A DNA stretch of 64,000 nucleotides from Cyanophyceae cyanobacterium (GCA_050331735.1 JBHJGN010000011.1:160001-224000), one strand, 5' to 3'. Positions 1-9,733 are shown, counted from the first letter of the stretch. The notes: generated by a model from the sequence alone, not told the origin. A program made the numbers and translations.

Positions 1-168
1 CAGAAAGAGATTGACAACCTGCGAGGTCAAGAACGGGTTTGGCTGTTGTTTAGAGGCAAAGAACCCGAAGAAGAGGCGCTGTTGCCCTACCTAAATCGCA
101 TCGGTCGGCCCCTAGATTCGTTTAAGCAACCCGGCGTGTTTGTCTATCTATACGATTTAAGGGAATAA
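1..168 (+). CDS. 3' end of a gene truncated by the window edge; possibly a membrane glycosyltransferase (GT39-like) C-terminus
   Basis: Frame 1 is open from base 1 (QKEIDNLRGQERVWLLF...FKQPGVFVYLYDLRE) to TAA at 166-168. The RVWLLF...VYLYDL tail resembles cyanobacterial GT39-type proteins, from memory. Confidence 0.5.
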   Translation, partial: QKEIDNLRGQERVWLLFRGKEPEEEALLPYLNRIGRPLDSFKQPGVFVYLYDLRE

Positions 169-201
169 AGCACAATGATTGTTAGGAGGCTAAGACTAAA
201 G

Positions 202-308
202 TTATAGCGTTTTTCAAAATGCGTGAGGTACACCAGAAACTAAGGCGGGAACGATCAACAAAAAATAGGATCTAGGACTATACTTCATTAGAGTGAGAAT
301 TGCTATAA
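202..308. mobile_element. MITE-like miniature inverted-repeat element
   Basis: Terminal inverted repeats TTATAGC (202-208) / GCTATAA (302-308), plus symmetric imperfect subterminal repeats TGAGGTACA (224-232) / TATACTTCA (279-287). Non-coding and intergenic. Confidence 0.6.
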
Positions 309-394
309 AACAGACGTTTCTACCCAGTAACTTCACTCAACCTATTTTAGTCATATCGCTCGGGCAAACCTGTCAAGGAATAAACTCAATACAT

Positions 395-434
395 CCTCCC
401 TTTCCCTGCGCCGGTGGCGCTTCCCCTTTTCCCC
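395..434. repeat. CCCTTTT/CCCCTTT-type heptamer (STRR-like) array with an embedded 13-nt hairpin
   Basis: cctccctttccct-GCGCCGGTGGCGC-ttccccttttcccc. Confidence 0.55.
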
Positions 435-474
435 AATCTACAAACTGTAGCTTCTCCGCCAACTGGTATCAATC

Positions 475-579
475 ATGAGTAAGCTGTATAATTCTGATTT
501 TTATGCGTGGACCCAAGCCCAAGCTAAGTTTCTTAAGAGCCGGTATTTCTGCCCAAACGAGAGCCTAAAAACTGCGTAG
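475..579 (+). pseudogene. Truncated DUF29-family gene remnant (34 aa)
   Basis: ATG at 475 gives MSKLYNSDFYAWTQAQAKFLKS..., matching the DUF29 N-terminal motif LYxxDFYxWxQxQ (compare LYDSDYYLWLQQ in the intact copy at 11941-12417). It then diverges and stops at TAG 577-579. Confidence 0.65.
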
Positions 580-767
580 AGTTCCTTGAGAACTACACTA
601 AATTTCAAACGATGGTAATCTGAGCAGCAGCTTTGAGATCTACTAACTGGTGGTAGCGTCTAAGGCGATTGACGACTAATGAAAATGAGCTAAGCAAAAA
701 TTAAAGGCTTCTCTTAGTCGTTTTCTCTTTTATCCGTATTGAGTATTGAGTGAAGGAGTTTTTAAAA

Positions 768-1964
768 ATGGTCAAACGATGCAGCAAGTTTTCCCTGTTG
801 TTATCAGTCTCACTATCAACTGCGATCGCTCTTGAAGCCACGACGCTCGCTCAGTCAGTCTATGGTGCATCGATGGCAACTCCGCTAATTTTCGATGACG
901 ACGGTAGCCAGGATGGATTTGCGGCTCTCGCTTATCTGCTAGACAATCCCCAGTTTGATCTCCAGGCGATTACAATTTCTCATGGAGTCGCACGACCAGA
1001 GAACGTCAACTTTCAAACAGGACTCAAGCAACTGTTGGGCAGATTGAATGCCACAGAAGTTCCAGTTGGAATCGGTAGTGCTGTGCCTTTAGCAGACGAT
1101 AATGCGTTTCCCGACTTCGTTCGCAATGATGCTGACAACTTCTATGCTCCGTTTGTCAGCTTGCCGGAGGAAGTCCCTGACGTTGAATTTACGACGGCGG
1201 CTGAGCTGATCGTAGAAACCGTTAATAATTCTCCGGAACCAGTAGCTATTATTTCTACGGGCTCATTCACTAACATGGCCGAAGCACTGAGAATCGATTC
1301 GTCGATCGTCGAGAACATTTCAGTTCTGCAAACGATGGGCGGTGCCGTCTTTGTACCGGGAAACTTGGGAATCACTCCTGAACCGCCTTTTTCCACAAAT
1401 GAGGTTGCCGAATTCAATATTTGGGTTGACCCGCTAGCGGCAGCGGAAGTATTTGCGGCGGGAGAAAATGGCTTAAACATCCAAATGATGCCCTTAGACG
1501 GCACGAATCAGGTTGAGTTTACCCGCGAGGATTACCAAGCTTGGCTGGCCACTGGCACACCTGAGAGTACAGTCGCTGCTGAGTTTCTCGATTTTTCTCT
1601 AGTCGTCGTTGGTGGAGATGTCAATCCAAATCCGCTGTGGGATATGGTGGCGGCGGTGAATTTAAGCGAACCTGCTTTTTCTGACGAAGTGCCTTGGCAT
1701 ATTGAGGTCGATGTGGAATCACCTCCAGGTGACACCCAAGGGCAAACGTTCGTGGTAGAAGGATTACCGCCGAATGCGTCTGTCTCCCTAGAGGCGAGTT
1801 TTGATAATCTCCCGTTTGAGGCCAGCGAGCTATTTTCGGCAACGCCTCCTCAGTCAGTTCCAGAACCCGCTTCTCTTCTAGGGCTTTTGGCGCTCGGGGT
1901 ACTGGGGGTAGGAGATGCCGCACGACGCTTCAGACGAAATTTGCCAGATGATCGCTCTGAGTAA
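768..1964 (+). CDS. Inosine/uridine-preferring nucleoside hydrolase family protein with signal peptide and C-terminal PEP-CTERM sorting motif
   Basis: Motifs LIFDDDGSQDG, TGSFTNMA, MGGAV, AEFNIWVDP, PLD and LWD. Hydrophobic N-terminus. C-terminal VPEPASLLGLLALGVLG...RRFRR. RBS AAGGAG before ATG 768. Confidence 0.85.
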   Translation: MVKRCSKFSLLLSVSLSTAIALEATTLAQSVYGASMATPLIFDDDGSQDGFAALAYLLDNPQFDLQAITISHGVARPENVNFQTGLKQLLGRLNATEVPVGIGSAVPLADDNAFPDFVRNDADNFYAPFVSLPEEVPDVEFTTAAELIVETVNNSPEPVAIISTGSFTNMAEALRIDSSIVENISVLQTMGGAVFVPGNLGITPEPPFSTNEVAEFNIWVDPLAAAEVFAAGENGLNIQMMPLDGTNQVEFTREDYQAWLATGTPESTVAAEFLDFSLVVVGGDVNPNPLWDMVAAVNLSEPAFSDEVPWHIEVDVESPPGDTQGQTFVVEGLPPNASVSLEASFDNLPFEASELFSATPPQSVPEPASLLGLLALGVLGVGDAARRFRRNLPDDRSE

Positions 1965-2086
1965 TCGGCCAATAACTGGAGGGATGCAGCAAACGCTCCT
2001 AGTCGGTTGCAGCGCTTGCTGATAGTTACCTGCGTCTCCTCCATCTCACCTACAATTGAATTATCCTCATGCTAGGAGGCACTGTC

Positions 2087-2659
2087 ATGAAACGTACAGG
2101 CGGCGTTCGCTGGACCACTCGGGATGTGGAAGCGTTACCGGAGAACGACTGGATTCGCTACGAGATCATTGATGGAGAGCTGTTCGTGACGCGCGCCCCT
2201 CACCACAAACATCAGCACGTTACCGGACGCCTCTTTGCCGTGCTGGATAGTTGGTCGATAGACACTGGTTTAGGAGAACCCTCAATTGCGCCTGGTGTAA
2301 TTTTCTCAGATTCTGATAACGTCATTCCCGACGCAACGTGGGTTAGTTACGAGCGACTGGCTCAAATTCAAGATGAAGCCGGACATTTTCAAGGCGCACC
2401 AGAACTAGTGGTAGAAGTGTTATCGCCGGGAAAAGCTAACGAGGAGCGAGATCGCTTAGCTAAGCTAAAACTTTATTCAGTTCAGGGAGTTCGGGAATAT
2501 TGGATTGTGGATCGCATCGCTCAACGCGTAGAAATCTACCGTCGCCAGAATGCTCAACTGACGTTGGTGGCAACTCTACTCAGCGACGATCAAATTACGT
2601 CTCCTTTGCTACCGGGTTTTGCTTGTCCGGTTTCACGACTATTTGTTTCTCGGGCGTAA
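2087..2659 (+). CDS. Uma2 family (PD-(D/E)XK-like) putative endonuclease
   Basis: RYEIIDGEL, VIPD, APELVVEVLSPG, KLKLYS..GVREYWIVD, SPLLPGF. RBS GGAGG before ATG 2087. Confidence 0.9.
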   Translation: MKRTGGVRWTTRDVEALPENDWIRYEIIDGELFVTRAPHHKHQHVTGRLFAVLDSWSIDTGLGEPSIAPGVIFSDSDNVIPDATWVSYERLAQIQDEAGHFQGAPELVVEVLSPGKANEERDRLAKLKLYSVQGVREYWIVDRIAQRVEIYRRQNAQLTLVATLLSDDQITSPLLPGFACPVSRLFVSRA

Positions 2660-2762
2660 AAGCGATCGCTGACTTTAAAGAGATATCAAGATATCTAAGC
2701 ACCGTCACCGCTAGGAGGTATTCTAAAACTAGACTCATTACTGTAGCTAAAGTAACCAAGCC

Positions 2763-3056
2763 ATGTCTAAAGAAAAAGTGCTGGAGTTTTTCACTGAGGC
2801 GGCTAAAGAGGAATCTCTACAAAAAGAGCTGCAAACCGTTAGCGATCGCCAAGAGCTGGTGCAGCTAGGACAGCAAAAAGGGTACGAATTTTCTCCCCAA
2901 CACGTTGAAGAAGCGATCGCGGATTTGCAGCAGCAGCCCGGTTTTTTCAACCTGCTGGCTCAAGCCGTCCTAGCTATCTTCGGTCCTTCCAATGATGACT
3001 ACCCGACAACGGGAGTACAGCCTTTTAGCGGTGAAGTCAGCCGTCGTCGTCGATAG
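2763..3056 (+). CDS. Nif11-like leader peptide family protein (putative RiPP precursor)
   Basis: MSKEKVLEFF...LQKELQ...ELVQLGQQKGYEFS is a Nif11-type leader, followed by a short C-terminal core. Confidence 0.75.
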   Translation: MSKEKVLEFFTEAAKEESLQKELQTVSDRQELVQLGQQKGYEFSPQHVEEAIADLQQQPGFFNLLAQAVLAIFGPSNDDYPTTGVQPFSGEVSRRRR

Positions 3057-3084
3057 TTTCTTTTAAATTGATAGATTGAGCAGT

Positions 3085-3111
3085 AGTCCGGCGAGCTAGG
3101 TTTGCCGGACT
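3085..3111. terminator. Hairpin between the convergent Nif11-like gene and alaS
   Basis: AGTCCGGCGAG-ctagg-TTTGCCGGACT inverted repeat. Confidence 0.65.
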
Positions 3112-3114
3112 GAT

Positions 3115-5754
3115 TTATTGCAACCTCTCGATTAACTGCTCCTTCGCCGCTGCTAGCGCCTCACCTAACTTACTGGGATCGCGTCCGCCTGCCTGAGCCA
3201 GATTGGGCCGTCCGCCACCGCCACCGCCACACAGCTTGGCAATGCCGCCAATAAACTTACCGGCCTGGAGCTTTTTCTCTTTGTTGACTTTGGGGCTAAA
3301 GGCAGCCACTAGGCTCACTTTGCCTTCATTGGGAACCGACCCCAATACCACCGCCGCATCACCCAATTTCTGCTGGAGTCTTTCAGCAGCAGTTTTAAGG
3401 GCATCAGCATCAGCTTCCATTTGTGCCACCAGCACTGTGTACTCGCCAACGGTTTCCGCCTCATTCAAAAGCCGATCGGATTGAGCGATCGCCAGTTCCT
3501 GCTTGACAGTCTCCAGTTCCTTCTGAGTAGTTTTCAGTTCTGTTTGCAGGGCATTAATCCGGTCAGGAATTTCCTCCGGTTTTACCTTAAGGCGATCGCT
3601 TAACTCCTTGACCACCGCCTCCCGCACGTTGAGATACTCTAGCACCGCCGGTCCCGCGACCGCCTCGATGCGGCGCACCCCCGACGAAATTCCGGTTTCA
3701 GAGACGATTTTAAATAAGCCAATTTCTGCCGTATTGCGGACGTGAGTGCCGCCACATAGCTCCATCGAAACGCCTGGAAAGTCAATTACTCGAACTTCAT
3801 CGCCGTACTTTTCGCCAAACATTGCCACGGCCCCCTTCGCTTTCGCTTCAGCAAGGGGCATCACTGCGACATCCGCCTCGTGCGCTTCCCCAATCCAGGT
3901 ATTCACCTGGTCTTCGACCTGCTGCACCTCTTCAGGGGTGAGCGCCCGAGGACAGTTGAAGTCAAAGCGCAGACGATCGAAAGCGACTAGCGAACCCGCC
4001 TGCGAGATCGATTCATCGACAATCTTTTTCAGGGCAGCCTGCAACAAATGAGTGGCGGTATGATTAGCCTGGGCGCGACGGCGACAGGCGCGGTCGATTT
4101 GAGCAGTAACGGGTTCCCCGAGTTTAAGAGTGCCTCGTTCTATGCGACCAAAATGCACAAAGAGCTTACTTTCCTTCTGCACATCTTCGACGCGCACCAA
4201 AACATCTTCCCCGGATAGGTAGCCGTGATCGCCAATTTGCCCTCCGGATTCTGCATAGAAAGGGGTTTCATCGAGGACAATTTGCACTTCATCCCCGGCG
4301 GTGGCCGCTTCGACCTGTTCGCCCCCAGCAACAATCACCATCACCTGAGCGCGGGAAGACAGGTGGGTATAGCCTAAAAACTCGGTGGTCTGACTATCAG
4401 CCGCATAGGCTTTGAGGACATCTTGAGCGGTCAAATCGATGGCAGTGTGAGCAGAACGGGAACGATCGCGCTGCTGCTGCATTTCCTGCTCGAACCCTGC
4501 GATATCAACAGACAATCCCTGTTCTTCGGCTACTTCCTGAGTTAACTCCAGCGGAAACCCGTAGGTATCGTAGAGTTCAAAAGCATCGGCCCCCGAGATT
4601 TGACCGATAGCGTTGTTCGCCACTTTCGCGATTATTTCTGCGAGGAGCTTTTCACCTCGCTCTAAGGTGCTGAGGAAAGCCGCTTCTTCTCGCTGGAGTT
4701 CATCTTGAATCACCCGTTCCCGTTCCCGCACGGTGGGATAGGCAGCTTCAGAAAGCGCGATCGCCGTTTCAGCTACTTTAGTCATAAAGTTTTCGATTCC
4801 CAGCAGTCTCCCGTGACGCACTACGCGCCGGATCAGGCGACGCAACACGTAGCCGCGCCCCTCATTGGCAGCCGTAATGCCATCAGCGATCATATGCACC
4901 ACAGCGCGCACGTGATCGCCGATCACTTTGAGAGAAACCTTGGCCTTGTCATCGGCTTGACTGTAGTCAATCCCGGCAAGTTCCGCTGCCGACTTCACAA
5001 TCGGAAAAATCAGATCCGTTTCGTAGTTATTAGGAACGCTTTGAAGGATCTGCGCCATCCGCTCTAGTCCCAGTCCGGTGTCGATGTTCTGGTTCTGTAG
5101 CGGCGTGAGATTCCCCTGGGCATCCCGGTTGTACTGCATAAACACCAGATTGTAGAACTCAATGAATCGGGTGTCGTCTTCGAGATCGAGCTGGTCATCT
5201 CCCCGTTCCGGGTGAAAGTCGTAATAGATTTCTGAGCAAGGACCGCAGGGACCGGTCGGACCCGACTGCCAAAAATTATCCTCCTCCCCCATCCGCTGAA
5301 TGCGGTGTTCCGGGATGCCAATTTGGTCGCGCCAGATGGCAAAGGCTTCGACGTCTTCTTTAAACACGCTCGGGACTAATCGTTCGGCAGGTAGCCCAAA
5401 CACTTCGGTAGACAGTTCCCACGCCCAGGCGATCGCCTGTTCCTTGAAATAGTCTCCGAAGCTGAAGTTGCCCAACATCTCAAAGAAGGTATGATGGCGA
5501 GCCGTTCTGCCGACGTTTTCGATGTCGTTGGTGCGGATACACTTTTGTGAGGTAGTGGCGCGGCGATACTCTGACTGCCGTTGACCGAGAAAGATGGGCT
5601 TAAACGGCAGCATCCCGGCAATCGTGAGCAGCACCGTTGGATCTTCAGGAACGAGCGAAGCGCTGGGCAGAATTTGATGCTGTCGTTCGGCATAAAAATC
5701 TAAAAATTTCTGCCGAATTTCGCTACCGCTCAGGAACTGGGGAGAATAAGGCAT
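3115..5754 (-). CDS. alaS: Alanine--tRNA ligase
   Basis: [46 protein letters not shown]...AQAGG. Likely start is ATG 5754 (MPYSPQ). Confidence 0.98.
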   Translation of the reverse strand: MPYSPQFLSGSEIRQKFLDFYAERQHQILPSASLVPEDPTVLLTIAGMLPFKPIFLGQRQSEYRRATTSQKCIRTNDIENVGRTARHHTFFEMLGNFSFGDYFKEQAIAWAWELSTEVFGLPAERLVPSVFKEDVEAFAIWRDQIGIPEHRIQRMGEEDNFWQSGPTGPCGPCSEIYYDFHPERGDDQLDLEDDTRFIEFYNLVFMQYNRDAQGNLTPLQNQNIDTGLGLERMAQILQSVPNNYETDLIFPIVKSAAELAGIDYSQADDKAKVSLKVIGDHVRAVVHMIADGITAANEGRGYVLRRLIRRVVRHGRLLGIENFMTKVAETAIALSEAAYPTVRERERVIQDELQREEAAFLSTLERGEKLLAEIIAKVANNAIGQISGADAFELYDTYGFPLELTQEVAEEQGLSVDIAGFEQEMQQQRDRSRSAHTAIDLTAQDVLKAYAADSQTTEFLGYTHLSSRAQVMVIVAGGEQVEAATAGDEVQIVLDETPFYAESGGQIGDHGYLSGEDVLVRVEDVQKESKLFVHFGRIERGTLKLGEPVTAQIDRACRRRAQANHTATHLLQAALKKIVDESISQAGSLVAFDRLRFDFNCPRALTPEEVQQVEDQVNTWIGEAHEADVAVMPLAEAKAKGAVAMFGEKYGDEVRVIDFPGVSMELCGGTHVRNTAEIGLFKIVSETGISSGVRRIEAVAGPAVLEYLNVREAVVKELSDRLKVKPEEIPDRINALQTELKTTQKELETVKQELAIAQSDRLLNEAETVGEYTVLVAQMEADADALKTAAERLQQKLGDAAVVLGSVPNEGKVSLVAAFSPKVNKEKKLQAGKFIGGIAKLCGGGGGGRPNLAQAGGRDPSKLGEALAAAKEQLIERLQ

Positions 5755-5877
5755 GGGTCTATAGTCAGAAGTACGTAATAATGATGAGCAATAATTGAGC
5801 AACCGTATTTAAAGTGTAATTCACGGTTCTGGCTTTTTTGGGTTTTAAAAGCGACGGGGAAAGCTCACTGTTTTTGG

Positions 5878-5923
5878 CTGATGGTTGATGGTTGAGCGGG
5901 CATGTCAATCAACCATCAACATC
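5878..5923. repeat. Inverted heptamer (GATGGTT/AACCATC) STRR hairpin
   Basis: ctgatggttgatggttga...tcaatcaaccatcaacatc. Related units occur at ~28313-28337, ~38850-38926 and ~55617-55642. Confidence 0.55.
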
Positions 5924-5954
5924 GAACCCACCAAATTTGCTCTGTGGTGAATAC

Positions 5955-5986
5955 AAAAAACGGAGGGCATATGCTGCCTCTCCGTT
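5955..5986 (-). terminator. Rho-independent terminator of the EF-G gene
   Basis: Minus strand reads AACGGAGAGGCA-gcata-TGCCCTCCG-TTTTTT. Confidence 0.8.
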
Positions 5987-6024
5987 CTCCGCGACTCTAA
6001 TTGCCTTACGGCTCTTGTCCTTGG

Positions 6025-8112
6025 TTACGAAGCAACGGCCTGCCGCTCTTTCGCTTCTTTGATCACCTCTTCAGCAATGTTGCTGGGGCAGGGAGCGTAG
6101 TGGGAGAATTCCATCGAGAACTGCCCGCGTCCCGAGGTCATGGTACGCAGATCGCCAATGTAGCCAAACATCTCGCTCAAAGGAGCTTCTGCCTTGATGC
6201 GGACGCCCATAGCGCCGGTTTCCTGAGCGTTGATCATTCCCCGGCGGCGGTTAATATCACCAATAACATCGCCCATATAGTCATCGGGGGTAAAGATATC
6301 CACTTTCATGATCGGCTCCATCAACTGCGGTCCTGCTTTGGGGATCGACTGGCGATAGGCGGCTCTAGCGGCAATTTCAAAGGCGATCGCCGATGAGTCT
6401 ACTGGGTGATAGGCTCCATCGGTCAAGGTTACCTTGAAGTCTAGGCAAGGATATCCGGCAAGGACACCATTATCTAAGCTGGCTTCAAACCCTTTTTGAA
6501 CAGCAGGCCAAAATTCTCTGGGAACGTTACCGCCAGTGACCTTGGATTCAAACTCGAAGCCGCTTCCTGGTTCTCCCGGCTCGATCACGTAATCGATCTT
6601 ACCAAACTGACCAGAACCACCAGACTGCTTTTTATGAGTGTAGCTGTCCTCAAGCCGTTTAGTAATCGACTCGCGGTAGGCCACTTGGGGCTTACCCAGC
6701 TCGACCTCAACGCCATAGGTCCGTCGCAGGATGTCGGCTTTAATATCGAGGTGTAGTTCTCCCATGCCCTTCATGATCGTTTCGCCGCTTTCCTGATCGG
6801 TTTCTACCTGGAAAGAGGGATCTTCCTGCACCATCTTGCTCAGGGCTGCTCCCATCTTTTCGTTACCGCCTTTTTGCTTCGGCTTTACGGAAACGGCGAT
6901 CACCGGATCGGGGAACACCATCGGCTCCAGAGTAGCCGGGTCATTCGGGTCACACAGAGTATGACCCGTCTGGACGTTTTTCATCCCCACAACGGCAACA
7001 ATATCACCAGCCTGAGCCGAATCAACCTCTTCGCGGGAGTTGGCATGCATCTCCACTAGGCGACCGATCCGCTCGGTTTTGCCAGTAGCGGTGTTGAGCA
7101 CCGTCATCCCCTTTTCGATTTTGCCGGAGTAGAGGCGGGTAAAGGTTAAAGCCCCAAAACGGTCGTCCATGATCTTAAACGCCAGCGCCCGCAGGGGTTT
7201 TTCTGGGTCAACTATGGCAAATCTGCCGGTTTCGTGGCCTTCTAAATCTACCTCCGGCTGGGGGTTAACCTCGGTTGGGTTGGGCAGATAGTCGACAACG
7301 GCATCGAGGACGAGCTGAACGCCTTTGTTCTTGAATGAGGAGCCACAGTAGGTGGGGAAGAAGGTGAGGTTGTGCGTCCCTTTGCGAATGCACTGCTTGA
7401 GAGTATCAATGTCGGGTTCTTCCCCTTCGAGATACTGTTCCATCACCGCATCATCCTGCTCTACCGCCATCTCCACAAGCTGCTCGCGGTAGGTTTCGAC
7501 ATCATCCACCATATCGGCAGGAACGTCCTGAATTTCGTAGTTGAGCGGATCGCCAGAGTCATCCCACACCCAAGCCTTCCGGGTGAGCAGATCGACTACG
7601 CCCTGAAAATCGTTTTCTCGGCCAATCGGCAACACCATCACCAGCGGCTTAGCGACGAGGACTTCATCAATCTGCTTGACAACTCGAAAGAAATCTGCGC
7701 CAAGTCGGTCGAGCTTGTTGACGTAGATGATGCGAGCGACCTTGGAATCGTTAGCATAGCGCCAGTTAGTCTCAGACTGCGGCTCCACTCCCCCAGAACC
7801 ACAAAAGACACCGATGCCGCCGTCAAGAACCTTCAGCGAGCGATAGACTTCGATGGTAAAATCAACGTGACCAGGAGTATCAATAATGTTGAGCTGATGA
7901 TCTTTCCAGAAACAGGTGGTCGCGGCAGACTGAATGGTAATGCCTCGCTCCTGCTCCTGTTCCATAAAGTCAGTTGTTGCTGCTCCTTCGTGGACTTCAC
8001 CAATTTTGTGAATCTTCCCGGTTAGTTTAAGAATTCTTTCTGTGGTGGTTGTCTTGCCCGCATCTACGTGAGCGAAAATGCCAATATTGCGATAGTGGGT
8101 GAGGTCTTTCAT
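6025..8112 (-). CDS. fusA: Elongation factor G, stand-alone paralog (FusB/EF-G2 type, outside the rpsL-rpsG-fusA-tuf operon)
   Basis: [46 protein letters not shown]. 695 aa, with no adjacent ribosomal protein genes. Confidence 0.95.
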   Translation of the reverse strand: MKDLTHYRNIGIFAHVDAGKTTTTERILKLTGKIHKIGEVHEGAATTDFMEQEQERGITIQSAATTCFWKDHQLNIIDTPGHVDFTIEVYRSLKVLDGGIGVFCGSGGVEPQSETNWRYANDSKVARIIYVNKLDRLGADFFRVVKQIDEVLVAKPLVMVLPIGRENDFQGVVDLLTRKAWVWDDSGDPLNYEIQDVPADMVDDVETYREQLVEMAVEQDDAVMEQYLEGEEPDIDTLKQCIRKGTHNLTFFPTYCGSSFKNKGVQLVLDAVVDYLPNPTEVNPQPEVDLEGHETGRFAIVDPEKPLRALAFKIMDDRFGALTFTRLYSGKIEKGMTVLNTATGKTERIGRLVEMHANSREEVDSAQAGDIVAVVGMKNVQTGHTLCDPNDPATLEPMVFPDPVIAVSVKPKQKGGNEKMGAALSKMVQEDPSFQVETDQESGETIMKGMGELHLDIKADILRRTYGVEVELGKPQVAYRESITKRLEDSYTHKKQSGGSGQFGKIDYVIEPGEPGSGFEFESKVTGGNVPREFWPAVQKGFEASLDNGVLAGYPCLDFKVTLTDGAYHPVDSSAIAFEIAARAAYRQSIPKAGPQLMEPIMKVDIFTPDDYMGDVIGDINRRRGMINAQETGAMGVRIKAEAPLSEMFGYIGDLRTMTSGRGQFSMEFSHYAPCPSNIAEEVIKEAKERQAVAS

Positions 8113-8739
8113 AACTTAATGTTTACAAATGGGCTAAACCGTTGATGCCTACGTTAAAGTACAAAGAGTGTCTCAGTACAAATGATATAGATGTCGCTCC
8201 TATCCTGCCCGCGAGTCTAGGTTAACAAGCTGCGGGCGGATTGGCTACTTTTGTCCTCTCGTAGGCTACGGGAAGATTTCTTTGAACTGACCTAGCGGCC
8301 GTCAGTAGCTAACCTTCATCAACAGCCTTTCTCTACGTGTCCATTTTAATCGCACTGGCCGATCTATTTATATTTTTCTCAACAACAAGCACGATGGGCA
8401 GTGAGGCTAGAGGACTATTTCACGGAGTAGAACAAGAGTCGAGCAATCTCGCTTCTCCAACAGATTACAGCTAGCTTGCTAAAGCTTACAGAGCGAGATT
8501 ACTTCTTTACACTTTTTAATAATAACATATCGGCTGCTGCGTTTGCAGGCTCTCTAAGGTTTGCTCGACAGCACCATGTAATCGCTTTAAGAGAATCTAA
8601 AATTAGTAAACGCGCCAAACTATGAAGAGAGGAACGGCGAACAGAGGTAGTATGACGTTTGCAATCGGCGTATCTGCTGCCACCGACTTATGAAATAATT
8701 TTGTCATGATCCGAAAAAGCCTCTGAGAAGGAAGCAATA

Positions 8740-8952
8740 ATGAGTACGATTTGGGTGAATGAACAAATAGATCCCTGTGGGATTGTCTACGCCTGCATTG
8801 CCTGTTGTAATGAAGCGGCAGCGAAAGACTGTCACGATACCTGGCAGCAGAATTTAACTCCTCAGCAAAAGCAAGAAGGATGGGTCGCACGAATGAGAAC
8901 CGTTAGCTCTTGGGATGAAGTTCCTGTCAATGCGTTGAAGTTGAGTTTTTAG
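8740..8952 (+). CDS. Small Cys-rich conserved cyanobacterial protein (70 aa), function unknown
   Basis: RBS AAGGAAG, ATG start, five Cys (DPCG...ACIACC...DCH), 25 bp upstream of the HAD gene. Confidence 0.75.
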   Translation: MSTIWVNEQIDPCGIVYACIACCNEAAAKDCHDTWQQNLTPQQKQEGWVARMRTVSSWDEVPVNALKLSF

Positions 8953-8977
8953 AGGGAGTCAGAAAAATTGCCAGCCA

Positions 8978-9733
8978 ATGACTAGCTTACAGGCGTTAAT
9001 TTTTGATGTTGATGGCACAATGGCAGATACCGAACGAGATGGTCATCGAGTGGCCTTCAATCGTGCCTTTGCCGAAGCCGGATTGGACTGGGAGTGGTCA
9101 GTTAAGCTGTACGGAAAGCTGCTAGCGATATCTGGAGGAAAAGAGCGTCTGCATTTTTATCTGCGCCAGTATCGGCCAGAATTTGAGCCGTCCGAAGGGG
9201 AAGAGCAGTTTGTCGTTCGCCTACACCAGATTAAATCTCGATACTATCAGCAGATACTGTCTCAAGAAGGAATCCCGCTGCGTCCGGGAATTAGACGAAT
9301 CCTGCAAGAAGCTCGCTCTCAAGAAATTCGGTTGGCGATCGCCACCACCGCCTCTTTACCCAACGTCACTCCCCTGGTGAAATTCCTCGCTCCAGATGCC
9401 GTTAATTGGTTCGAGGTGATTGCCGCCGGAGATATCGTAACCGCGAAAAAACCAGCGCCAGATATTTACCAATACGTGCTGCAAGAGATGAAGCTAGCAC
9501 CGCAGCAGTGTCTGGTGTTTGAAGACTCACCTCACGGGCTAGCAGCAGCCCGTCAAGCCGACTTAACAACGGTCGTCACCGTTAATGATTACACTAAAAC
9601 AGGAGATTTTACCGGGGCAGCACTGGTAGTGGATCATCTCGGAGAACCCGAGCACCCCTGTACGATCCTGGCTGGCGATGGGGGCGATCGCCACTACTTC
9701 AATTTGGCTCTCGCTCGCCATTTGATCGACTAA
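8978..9733 (+). CDS. HAD-superfamily hydrolase, CbbY-like
   Basis: LIFDVDGTMADTERDGHRVAFN, GGKERL, KKPAPDIY, FEDS. Confidence 0.9.
   Translation: MTSLQALIFDVDGTMADTERDGHRVAFNRAFAEAGLDWEWSVKLYGKLLAISGGKERLHFYLRQYRPEFEPSEGEEQFVVRLHQIKSRYYQQILSQEGIPLRPGIRRILQEARSQEIRLAIATTASLPNVTPLVKFLAPDAVNWFEVIAAGDIVTAKKPAPDIYQYVLQEMKLAPQQCLVFEDSPHGLAAARQADLTTVVTVNDYTKTGDFTGAALVVDHLGEPEHPCTILAGDGGDRHYFNLALARHLID

Noticed and set aside
362..390. GGGCAAACC resembling the start of a c-di-GMP-I riboswitch
   Set aside because: It lacks the GAAA-loop stem and the downstream GACGCAAAGC element.
293..478. 61-aa ORF
   Set aside because: It runs through the MITE end and STRR repeats, with no RBS or protein-like composition.
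3203..8025. Many ORFs antisense or out of frame within alaS and the EF-G gene (e.g. 7372-8025, 217 aa)
   Set aside because: These are shadow ORFs of conserved genes with no independent motifs. The same applies to those inside treZ/treY, narB, recJ, thiL, cugP and the cpc genes.
8603..8890. 95-aa minus-strand ORF
   Set aside because: It overlaps the better-supported 70-aa plus-strand gene, which has an RBS.
9699..9733. 35-bp 3' overlap of the convergent HAD and hydrolase genes
   Set aside because: Short convergent overlaps are common, and there is no sign of a special function.
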